DNA from: Tricharina praecox
Taxonomy: Eukaryota
Assembly (NCBI RefSeq): GCF_024521635.1
Contig: NW_026250416.1
Span: 558,001-622,000 of the forward strand
Length of the DNA: 64,000 nucleotides
Direction of reading: 5' to 3'
The first letter of the stretch is position 1. Every line of letters begins with the position of its first letter. Under the pieces are notes generated by a model, which worked only from the letters and a program-made list of their open reading frames with translations, had not been told where the DNA came from and ran no database searches. The translations under genes were made by a program, and so were the position numbers. This document shows, piece by piece, positions 53,519-64,000 of the stretch.

Positions 53519-56500
53519 ATGTCACCCCCTACCGTTCCAGAGCTTTTCCGCGCGGTGTTCAAGAAGGTGGTTAAGGCAACAGGTGCAGCCTCGAAAGAAC
53601 GAAAAGGGCTGTCCTCAGGTAGCACTTCAAGCCTTGCATCGGTAAGTACCATTCGTTTAGATCTGGCTGGGGAGGAGGAAGTTTCCTAGCCGAGCTAATT
53701 ACACGCGCGCTGCAGACACTCGTTGCGTCCTTCGATGACGAATATGCCTACGATTCGGGCTCCGAGGACGAAGACAGCAGTCAGCCAGATGATCCGACCG
53801 CCGCCGCAAACAGCTCCCCAGAGGAGTGTGAGAATACCGAATGTTATGGAACTACCGGGCTTTCATGGTGCCATATTTGCGGGATCGTCGTATGTGAGGG
53901 ATGCTGGGATAAACAAGCAGCGCACCGTAAAAATAAGCACCCGAAAACCGAACTCAAGCTCAGAGATATGGTTAAACTTCTGCAATCTGTGAGCCCACCA
54001 CAGGATGAGGATGAACGGAAGCAACTTCACAAAAAGAATCACAATACGAAGTGGTTTGGAGTCACAACCGAGAACGAGGTCTTACTCAACACTACCGCCC
54101 GATTTTCGGAGATCTACATTTCCAATGGCATCCAGAAGGATCAGTATCCCGCCTTAGTCAGCTTCGTGGGGGAAACCGGAGCCGGGAAAAGCTCGTTGAT
54201 AACCTCCCTTCTGAAGGTTGTTTTTGTTACCTCTCCATGTATACTCCAAGGTAGCTAACCTCAATTACCTATTCCAGCTCACGAATCACCATCAAAGTCG
54301 AGCGTACGATTTACCCATAGCTGGAAGCACCGCCGATTCCACAAAACCAACAAGCAGTGACGTTCACCTATATGCGGACCCCTCAACCTGTCATCCTGCT
54401 TCCAAGCGCCCAGTCCTATACGCTGATTGTGAGGGTTTCGGTGGAGGCAACAACCCTCCAATAGCTGCAGATAAGGATGTGAGGAAGACTGATTCCGGCT
54501 CGAGGTCCAAAGCCCGTTGTATGTCGTGGGCAAGATCTGGGGACCACTCACGCTCCTGGATGGTTGAGCATTTTTATCCGATGATTCTTTACACCTTCAG
54601 TGATGTCATATGTTATGTTACCAGGAATATTCGGTAGGTTTCCCTAAGGAAAAAAGGAATGTTTTCGCTACACCCAAGCTGATACAACCCCAGGAAACAC
54701 GAGGAGGTGCTCAACAGCTTGGTGCAGTGGGCGAGCAAGGTTTTTGAGGCTTCGACCAACCAGCCACTACTACCATACGCCATAATTATCGTCAACGTTT
54801 ACACTGAGCAGGTACTGTGCTTTTCCCATAAGGTGCTGGAGCAGCACTGACGTGCAGTTTTCTAGGCCGACGAGAGCAAATTGATGGAATTACTTCATCT
54901 AGAGATCCCCGAGATTACCGAGCTCAAGTCACAGCAGAATTTCTGGCGCGAGAAAGGGAAACGCGTGGAAACTTTCCTTGATCTCGTTTTATGCTACTAT
55001 TGCGCAATAGATATTGTCTGCATCCCTCCGGTGGCTGGGGTCGACGGAGTCCCCACCCGTATCAAAACGCAATTTGAGAAGCTCCGGGAAACCATATCGA
55101 GAGCGACAGAAAAAACGTCCCAGCTGCGCCGTGATAAGGGTGCCCTCATAGGGGGGGAGCATTTGGATTTCCACTTCAGACGGGCATTTACGCACTTTTC
55201 GGAGAACCATTACAAGGAGGCTTTCAACTTTTTGGATACGGAAAATCAGTTCGAGGGGGGCTTCGGAACCAGCGATTCGCATATCGTCAAAGCAGCTACA
55301 CGGCTTATGAGCAACAATAAATATTCGGACTATAACCTGTTATTCGCCGGGCTAGAGCCCTTCCTAGCATCCTCGATTCTATTAGATGCCAGACGCAAAA
55401 ACTTTCCTTTGGATCTAGGTATGCTGACAATCTCTTCTACCCAGTCAACCTTACTGACTGTTTTGGGTGACGGCAGGCGTCCTACTCCTGCAATACCAAC
55501 AGCCATGCGAGGCTGCGAAGACCACTTTCTTCAAAAACCACTGCCCGTGTAGCTACCGGGACGCAAAAGGCAACCGATGCGTGAACATGATCATAGGACA
55601 CGACAAAGGCCACCAATTGTCCAACGGAACCGTGGTCAAAGCTGGTAAGCACGAGTCGGGTGGTATGGATTACGGCGTCATGGACATGTTCTCGGAACTC
55701 CTCAACAACATTTCCAGGGGGATTTACTGTACTCGAACCGCAGTCGTCCAACGACATCGAGAAATACTTGCTAGAGCGGACTATGCACACATGTGGTCTC
55801 CATGCAACACCACTTGTCTGGCTTGCCTATTTTCGGTTCCGGTGCATGTTCTGCCCTGTGGACACATCCTCTGCGACGCCTGTATCGATGATTTTTCCGA
55901 CCTTTCGCACGATGCCTGCACTCGCACTATACGGCATTGTCCTCTATGTCCTGCTGGTAGACAGAGAGTACCATGGACTCTCAAGAGAGGCCCGCGCCAG
56001 GCTGCTCCCCGGATTCTCACTCTAGATGGGTAAGTGATTCTTGTTCTTGGTCCCATTGGTTCAACAACTCACCTAGAATATACGCTCAGCGGAGGCATTC
56101 GGGCAATCATGCAACTCAAGATACTGTCCGCAATGGAGAAAGCTATAGAAGAGCTCATCGGGGTGCATATGCCGGTTCAAGGGTTCTTCGACCTCGTCTT
56201 AGGCACTAGGTACGCTCCTCTCATCTAACTAGGCTGCAACGGACCCGTCTGATGTATAATTGATAGTGCCGGCGGTATCGTGGCTCTGGGTCTTACGGTC
56301 GGCGGAATGACTGTGGAGAAATGCACCGAGATGTTCATCAAATTCGCAATCGAGGCATTCAAGAAACGCTCTTTAATGAACATGCCTGGCCTCAGGCTTC
56401 TGGTAGAAGCATCTCACCACGGCCAATACAAATCCACGGGATTGAATGCGTCGTTACTGGAGGCGTTTGGGAAGAAGCCAATGTTTGGAGAGTGCAATGG

Positions 56501-57979
56501 AACCGGGGGAAAGTCAACCAAGGTGGCGGTCACGATGGTATCGTCCGCACTGGATCCTTTGATCATTGCAAATTACAATCGTAACCCCGGAACAGGCGTC
56601 GCTGGTAGAAACTCCACGGAGCCGCCCTCTTGAAAAGAAATACCATACTAACCGCGGGTAGGCGACAAGCAAAAGTACGAATTCCTGCGAGCGGAAAAGA
56701 AGGACGAGGAAATGGCAGTTTGGGAAGCGTACGCCGCTCAAAATTGCTGTGCTGATGGTCATTGTTACCTTCGCTAATCTCTTCGTCGTGTAGAGCACGG
56801 GCGACTTCAGCAGCACCTCGTTATTTCAAGCCATTCCACCACAAATCCTCCGGTCGAATCTTCATAGACGGTGCCCTGCTGCACAATAATCCAGTATGGG
56901 TAGCGACAGCCGAGAGCACGCTGCTCTGGCCGGAACATCCTCATCCGGACCTCGTTTTCTCCATCGGCACGGGGTGTCAATCGCTACGCGGACGAAACAG
57001 TGGCGTCGAGCTGGACGAACTCGTGATGAATCGCGGCTTCACTGCATATATCAAACGGTTGAAAGCGATCATCGCTCATCAGACAGAAATGAACATGAAC
57101 CCCCAAGAAGCCTGGGACCAATACATGAAGCAACCTTCGATCGATTCCAAACTGCTGGACAAGAGGTTTGCTCGGCTGAACGTCGAGGTCGTGCAGGAAC
57201 TTCCCAAACTCGATCAAGTTGAGAAGATGGAGGATCTGGTGGAGCAGGCGGTGAACTTTTGCGTCAAGTACTCCGAGAAAATTAAATCCCTTTCCGCAAG
57301 ACTCATTGCTTCGCTATTCTACTTGCAGCTGGACACGATGGAACCTGTGGAGGGTGATAAACTCCACTGCAAGGGTTTGCCGGTCTCCTTCACCAGCTGC
57401 ATCTCGGAACTCATTACTAACAATCACATGGCAGGAACTATTCGATGCCGGCTCGCGCCCAATTCTCCGCCACTCGCGAAGCTCCGTCAGCGATTCGGCA
57501 ATCTTGGCACAATCTTCTGGATCGAGACGGGCCCGGAGAATCTCAAACCGCTATCTCGCCCCAGCGACACCGGGCTCGTGGATGACAAAGGCGCGTTTGC
57601 GTTCCCCACGCAATTCACTGTGCCGAGCGCAGTGGACCAGTCCGTACGTGTCTACATGTCGACCTGGAACAGCTGTCGCCCCGCCATCGCCTTGATCAGC
57701 GGATTTCCGTATACCATCGCGGAGATGAGGACTGTGCTGCTTTCTACCGCCGAAGAGATGGCAGTGCCTGGGGCGGCAGAGTTCCCATCCGAGGCTTGGA
57801 ATACTACTCCCGACATGGCAAAATGTGCGGTATTCCCCCGTTCCCATGCTCTCTCCGTTCCGTCGACCGCCCCATCATTACCGGCATTACCGGATGCTAT
57901 GTACGTGGAATTTGCTCAGAACTTTTTCCGAAATTTTCCGAAAGAGGCCGGCGGCGGAGAAAAAGAGACAAGTAGTTAA
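53519..57979 (+). CDS. B-box-like Zn finger + P-loop GTPase (GBP/atlastin-like motifs) + RING-like Cys cluster + patatin-like phospholipase; 11 exons
   Basis: Introns starting at 53642, 54217, 54634, 54812, 55419, 56030, 56210, 56605, 56729 and 57375. Motifs: WCHICGIVVCEGCW..H..H; SFVGETGAGKS; LYADCEG; CLAC..PCGHILCDAC..CPLC; LDGGGIRA; GTSAG; ARATSAAP; DGALLHNNP. Confidence 0.88.
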
Positions 57980-58201
57980 ATATGGCTGCTGATTGGGGGA
58001 AGAAGCGAGAGTCAAGACGATCAATTCGTTAAATTTGGATGCTGACGGTGACAGCGCCAATAATTGCGAGGAGGAGAACCACTCGCCGAGCCGCTTGGCT
58101 GTCGTGACAAGAGGCCCGCCACGCATCTTCCGACTCCAAAGGCGAACGATCTCCAGCGGCCTTTCGGGGCGCAAACGGTTCTTGTGAGAGAATACATAAG
58201 G

Positions 58202-58340
58202 GGATGACGAGAGAGAGAAGGGCCGGCAGGGAGGAGGATGGGTAGCTTTGGAGTTCGAAATAGACGTCTTACGGATGACGAGAGAGAAGGATCGGCAGGG
58301 AGAAGGGTGGGGTTACTTTGGAGTTTAAAATAGGCGTTTC
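58202..58340. repeat. Imperfect direct repeat, two copies of about 70 bp
   Basis: ggatgacgagagagagaagggccggcaggg...ctttggagttcgaaatagacgt repeated as ggatgacgagagagaaggatcggcaggg...ctttggagtttaaaataggcgt. Confidence 0.8.
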
Positions 58341-58682
58341 TCAGGGTTCTCGTTTCTTTTGCTTTAGGAATATAATCAAGATGTATGACGACCTGTTACG
58401 ATAATACAAGCCTTTCGATTACAGCAGAGTCCGCTTATGCACGCGCAGCGAAGGGAGCTGCTGCTACTCTACGTACTGCACAGTAGGGACGAGCACGTAA
58501 GCCACGCCGTGTATCATGGCAAAGATGACTGACTGTTTCCTGGAAGAAAAGTAGCTAGACTGTCACGGGTTTCCTCCCGTCCACTATCTATCTGCATAAC
58601 CCTCACACTTCATCCTGCAGAATATACCATTACCGATGTTTTAAGTAGTACTCATAAGACTAAGCAGATTAAATGCTCATAT

Positions 58683-58755
58683 GCCTCGCTAGCTCAATGG
58701 CTAGAGCGTCAGACTTTTAATCTGAATGTTGCGGGTTCGAGTCCCGCGTGAGGCT
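58683..58755 (+). tRNA. tRNA-Lys (anticodon TTT), intronless
   Basis: Acceptor stem GCCTCGC/GTGAGGC, D-arm TAGCTCAATGGCTAGAGC, anticodon arm TCAGA-CTTTTAA-TCTGA, T-arm GCGGG-TTCGAGT-CCCGC. Confidence 0.95.
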
Positions 58756-58761
58756 CTGTGA

Positions 58762-58768
58762 TTTTTTT
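58762..58768 (+). terminator. Pol III terminator (T7) of the tRNA gene
   Basis: Run of seven T directly downstream of the tRNA. Confidence 0.75.
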
Positions 58769-59151
58769 GCTTCGGCGAAATCTCATTTTTTTCACTTCCA
58801 CGTCAAGCTTTGGGACACGTGTGTATGGTGTAAAGTGTAAATAAGGCTTGTTTGAGAAATCAATCCATCCCTGCGATATCGTGTAAATAATCGGTGAGAT
58901 GAATTGACCTCATCGCATGGGTGCGAGCGCGGGATCACAATTCCCGTCGCCAAAGTTTACAAAGAAGGCATGATGAAGAATTATGAGGCAACGAGCATAC
59001 GTGAAGAATCGAATGTTGCATGCCTTCGTCACGATGTACATGGTAGAAGCTGAAGAACAGCAGGATATAGTATAGTATCGCAGTAAAAGACCGCCCAAGA
59101 ACGCCCGCAATCGTGCCCCCTCTCTCCGCTCTTCCCCTATTATGCACCACA

Positions 59152-59922
59152 CTACTTCCTCTCCCTACCCAGCACCGTCTCCGCATCCGTATCCGCGCCG
59201 TCGTCCTTGCCCCAGCACTTGAGCTTCGACCTGACCTCGCGAAACACGTCGCCCCATCCGCCGCGCCTTCTTCGTCCAACGACCTCGCCGCCGACTTTGA
59301 CAGCGAGCCGCTCCTCGCCCCACCACTTCAGCGCCTCCTTCGTTCCCGCGCCCTGCGTGCGCTTAAACAATCGCTCTACACCGCGCTTCGTCTCGGCGCT
59401 GCAGCCCAGGGACTGATCCATTCCCTGGACCGCGGTGGCGACGAGGCCAATGGTGGGCGTGCAGCTATCCCATATCTCCAGAAATAGCTTCTGTGCGGTC
59501 GCGGGCGGCAGGGAGAGCTCGCGCCCCAAAAGCCACGCATAAGTCGTGATGAACTGCGGCGCTGGCGTCTGCAGCGGATCCCAGCCGAGCGTCAAAAGGA
59601 ACGTGAAGAAGTACGATTGCAGCGCGAAGGCGGTCGCCGCTGTGGACAGCACGGTCGGCTGCGCTTCCGCGTTTGGGTGCACGGGTAGTGGGGTTGCGGG
59701 CGGCAGGGGGAGCGTGGCGGTGCGCAGTGCGTGGCTGCTCGGGATCAGTGGCGCGGAGGAACGTGGTGTGGAGTGGTAGGTGCGTGGTGAGGCCGCGGAG
59801 GACGGGAGGGAATGGGTTGTGGCGGCCGGCGAGTATGGCGTAGGCGCGGCGGAGGGCTCGCGGTACCGGTAGGTTGTTGGAGGTGGTGGCATCGCACCCG
59901 CTTTGCTGGTCGGACGACTCAT
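59152..59922 (-). CDS. Hypothetical protein (about 256 aa; Pro/Ser-rich N-terminus, helical C-terminal region)
   Basis: GC-rich ORF starting MSRPTSKAGAM after a C-rich leader. No recognisable motif. Confidence 0.65.
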   Translation of the reverse strand: MSRPTSKAGAMPPPPTTYRYREPSAAPTPYSPAATTHSLPSSAASPRTYHSTPRSSAPLIPSSHALRTATLPLPPATPLPVHPNAEAQPTVLSTAATAFALQSYFFTFLLTLGWDPLQTPAPQFITTYAWLLGRELSLPPATAQKLFLEIWDSCTPTIGLVATAVQGMDQSLGCSAETKRGVERLFKRTQGAGTKEALKWWGEERLAVKVGGEVVGRRRRGGWGDVFREVRSKLKCWGKDDGADTDAETVLGRERK

Positions 59923-61599
59923 TGAGGAGGGGGTTGATGCGTGGTGTGTGGTTGCAGCGGAGGTTGTTGTCTGTGTGAGAGGAGGGGGGTGTTTGTGTTT
60001 GTGTGTTTGTGTGGCTCTGTGTGGTGGGCCGTGACCACGACACGGACTGAGTGGTTGGCTGGGGGCCGGATGGAAGACGGAGTGATGGGTAGGAGAGGAT
60101 GGGGGGAAGGAAAGAAAAGAAATGGTGAGGGGAGAGTTGGGAAGTTGGGAGAAAAGCGCCCCGAGCGCAGCCAGCGGTTTTGTGCTTGTATGGAACCTAC
60201 AAAAGGCAAAGACGAGGGCATACATAGAAACGACTATCCGCCTGCGCAGGCACACCACACCCATTCACCCTCCTTCCTCTTCATCCACATCTTCCGTCCT
60301 CTGCTCGCTGTCCGATTATTCCTTCGCTGTCGCAGCCCGCGGACAGCGAGCCAACCAGCACTCAGCCAGCACCACCACCAATCAACCAACCAACCAACGC
60401 GTTATCTATCTCTGCCACTAGTAAGATTCTACAGCCAGCAGCGAGTCGTGACGTCTCTTCCCGCAATCCGCGTCTTTGATTTGGCATGCATATGTAGGCA
60501 TGCATAGGGCGCCCCCCGGGCCCGCCTAAACTCTTCGGGCACGGCGCTCCTGCAAGGGCCTGCCGTGATTGAGCAATGCGTTGTTTGGTGTTTATTTTGG
60601 AGGCTGGGCGCTGGGCAAGCGGGTAAAGAAGCAATATGGGGAGGCGAGCGAGGCTCGGCGCGAGCCGTGGGTTGCTCGGACGTTTACCGGTGGCGGGGAA
60701 ACCAACCACCTCTGGGAAAGAGTCCGGACGGCAAACAAGTTTGGTATGTACTTGAGTACATGCTTCACCCGAAACCAGAATTGTAAATCAGAAGCGTGCT
60801 CGACGTGCTGATTCCATCTCAACTAGTGCAAAATCGTGATTCGCTTCTACGCGACGCGACGTCAAAGTTAACAGTCAGCTCTGCGGGGATGGATGGCCGT
60901 GACCATTCCTTCTGACAACACGTCGCTCCGGGCCAAGCGGTGGCTTCGGACACTAGATATTCTACGCTAGAGTCTAGATTTCTCCTAAGCAGGCCCCGCT
61001 TTCGCCTCGGTGATGGACAACCGCGCTCGCTCGAGTGACGAGAGTTCTTATGTTGTCTCTATCGCGTTGAATAGTTTAATTGGCGACTTGACGCCTCGGC
61101 GGTAAGAGAGATAGAGCGAGAGAGAGTGGCTGCCGCGATTCTCCCCTTGGCTGTCGCGATTCTCTCCATGGATGGCTGCCTGGCGCTGATGTGGCTAGTA
61201 TGTGGCCATGCTCTCATGTCCAGGGTGACCAGCGAGCCTTGGCACACGTTCAGACTGGGCACACGGTTTAGGTATCCCGCCACGGTACCTCACTCGTGCA
61301 GTTTATAGGCACCGTTATGACTTGTCCACAAGGTACTTACACTGCGATGAGCTCGCTGCGGTCAGGGTTCGGTGCCTGTGAAATGCTTAGCTGTCATCTT
61401 GATTCCAGAGATATTTTTAATATATTCGAGGTACTGCGGGCTCCAGGCTGAGCAAGGCGTTTGATGATCATCGAGCGATCATCAGTCGGAGCATCTGCAT
61501 CTGTGATGTTATATGCAGTCGTGAGTCTTCGCACCTCCGCGCTGCAAGTTCCCATCACAGTCCGAATATCCTCAGGAACGACGTTGACGGTTCCACCGC

Positions 61600-62600
61600 A
61601 TGGAGTCAACGAGCATCATCGGGTTGACGCGCATATCAATCGCTCCCAAAGCTCACGAACCCATTCCGGATACATAATCACCGTCCTACTCGAACTCGAA
61701 CTCGTTCGAGTATCTCCCTCCAGCACCTCCTCCTGCGTCGCCGCCGCCACGAGAAAGTAGAAACAAGATCGGCTGGCGACCCGCAACGCTGAAACTACCA
61801 TCACTTGTCGCCTTTGCGGTGTTGATACTGGTGCTGATAGGCGTGACTACGTACTTGCTGTACCTATCAGATGGAGATGGTGCCGTAGTCTTTACCTCTT
61901 CATCGACAACTTGGGTTGCCTTCTGCTGCGACTATGGACCCACGCTGGTCGCCGTGCTCTACGGCCTCATCTGGGCGACCATCGATCATGACGTCAAGCG
62001 CCTCGAACCGTACTTTCAGCTGTCGAAGCCGGCGGGCGCCACCGCCGAGAACTCGCTGCTGCTGTTTTATCCGTACATGCTGCACGTGTGGGTGCCGTAC
62101 GTGGCTATACGCAAGAAGTATGTTGTTCAAAGCCACATCTCGGGCAACTACTAACCCTCATTTCCAGGCACTGGACAGTAACAATTTCCGCCAGCACCTT
62201 CCTGACGATCGTCTTCGGCGGGACCCCCCTCATGAGCGCCGTTCTCTCGCACGAGAGCCGTATCCACCAGACCAGCACATTCGACCTCGTCCGCGGCACG
62301 TTTCTGGCCGCAGACGCGCAGCCCACAAACCTCACCACCATGTTTTCGTACGTGGCGTACAGCCCACAAACCTCACCACCATGTTTACGTACGTGGCGTA
62401 CAGCCACCAGTACCTCTCCGGGAAGTTGCCGGAGTTTACGACGCCGGAACACGCGGTGCTGCCGTTCGCGCCGGAGGCGAAGGCCGACATGCCCGGCACT
62501 AACTGGGCCGCCAATATTGTACCACCCGCTACGAGGCATATCTCGACTGTGAGCCCGCGGGCTTCGACGAACCGGGGAGGGGTTGGACGAGAAACATGAC
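61600..62600 (+). pseudogene. DUF3433-family membrane protein pseudogene or fragment
   Basis: GWRPATL...YGPTLVAVLYGLIWATIDHDVKRLEPYFQLSKPAGATAENSLLL is typical of DUF3433. Lesions: in-frame TAA at 61675, a 41-bp frameshifting duplication at 62320-62401, and loss of the frame afterwards. Intron 62118-62167. Confidence 0.75.
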
Positions 62601-63426
62601 CGGGCGGAATTGGGTGGCGCAGTCGGGCGACTGTTCGGTTGACAACTCGCAGGTGTGGCGGGAGTCCGCCAAGTATTCGCCGTGGTACTCATCGCTGCTC
62701 AATGCTACTTGAGTGTGTGTCTTGAGATTTTTGGCGCATAGCATAGCGGTGCATAACTGATCCAGAAACATAGCCTTCGGGAGTACATACCTGGTACTTA
62801 TACTGATAGCCATCTCACTGTTCATGAAGCACACCTCCGGTAAAACGTAATCCCAAGGATATGCCCAAGGACTGCATGCTCGAGGGTGACGGCTCAAACT
62901 GAGAGTATGCCGTTGTCGTTGCCGGTTGGTGATATGTTTGGTCAACCATGACCACTCGATGATGTTGGGGAAACATGTGGGTAAGTGGAAAGTGGGGGTG
63001 GTGCTACACACTACTATATACCTGGTTAGTACCGTCGGCTATCTGGAGTGGTACAGCCCTTTAGTTCGACTATTTGCTGGCACCAGACTGAAGGAAACCG
63101 GACATGTGCGTGATGCTCCTCTTGAACTTCAAGCCGGAGCGGCGGGTACTACAATACCATGCGTCGTTCCACTGATTTCTAAAAGAAACGACCGAGCTGC
63201 GTATTCGACATGCTCTTTGGACGGGCCTTGTGCCACGAGATCTTTAATCGCTATCGTCGTTAAGTATTGGCCGGGAGATCACACACAGACATGCAGTGTA
63301 GGTATGTAGCACAAGAAAAGCAAGGATAATTCTCAGCCCGCATGATCCCGCCAGCGAGCAATCAGTTCAACATACAATTCCATCGTGAGCTCTCCATCCT
63401 TCCTGCCAGCACTCCCCATCATCACG

Positions 63427-64000
63427 ATGCACTTCCATCTCCCCCTCCTCCTCTGCGCCCTCCTTTCTATCCCCCTCTGCGAGGCCGCAACACCGGAGCA
63501 ATGGCGCACCCGCTCCATCTACCAAGTACTAACCGACCGCTTCGCCGTAGCCAACGGCTCTTCCACGCGGCCGTGCGATACGGGGGCGCGCCAGTACTGC
63601 GGCGGGAGCTATCGCGGCATCGTCGAGCAGCTCGATTACATCCAGGGGATGGGGTTCACCGCTGTCGGTAACCCGTGTTGCTGTTGCTGTTGGAGACTTG
63701 GAGTGAGTGCTAGCTAACACTAACTATGCACGGCAAAGATCTGGATCTCCCCCGTGGTCAAGAACATCGACGGCCGCACTGGCTGGGGCGAGGCGTTCCA
63801 TGGCTACTGGGCCCAGGACATCGCGCAGCTCAATCCGCATTTCGGAACCGCCGCGGAGCTGGCAGAGTTGAGTGATGCGTTGCATGCACGTGGGATGGTG
63901 GGTGCTGTGCTGTGCTGTGATATTACTCTAGTTATGTTCTGCATGCAGTGGTGCAGGCGGACGCTGATGTTTGTGTTGTGTGTGTCGCCGTAGTATCTGA
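63427..64000 (+). CDS. amyA: Secreted alpha-amylase, GH13 fungal Taka-type; 5' part only, runs off the window; introns 63664-63738 and 63898-63993
   Basis: Signal peptide, then [50 protein letters not shown] and LHARGM|YL. Confidence 0.93.

Overview
Intron-rich filamentous ascomycete (fungal) genomic DNA: GT-AG introns with CTRAC branch sites, many microsatellites, and gene families typical of Pezizomycotina. I could not assign the organism from sequence alone. Manual splicing supports about 17 protein-coding genes: a 2OG-Fe(II) oxygenase, an acyl-CoA synthetase, an atypical Hsp70/actin-like ATPase, a coiled-coil partner, a PTH11-like membrane protein, a secreted double 6-Cys peptide, a secreted lactonase, a GH2 beta-mannosidase, a LaeA-like methyltransferase, two large paralogous B-box/GTPase/patatin genes, a partial GH13 alpha-amylase and several hypotheticals. 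The window also holds one tRNA-Lys(UUU), a DUF3433 pseudogene, a MITE-like TIR element and a decayed non-LTR RNase H. Three candidate systems stand out. (1) A tandem pair of 11-exon paralogues: one has intact B-box + GBP/atlastin-like GTPase + RING-like + patatin motifs, the other keeps an open frame and 9 homologous introns but has degenerate catalytic motifs. (2) A head-to-head HSPA12-like Hsp70 and a coiled-coil protein with a GrpE-like C-terminus. (3) A secreted tandem defensin-like peptide with a promelittin-style X-Ala/X-Pro propeptide. All exon structures and domain assignments were read by eye and need computational and RNA-seq confirmation.
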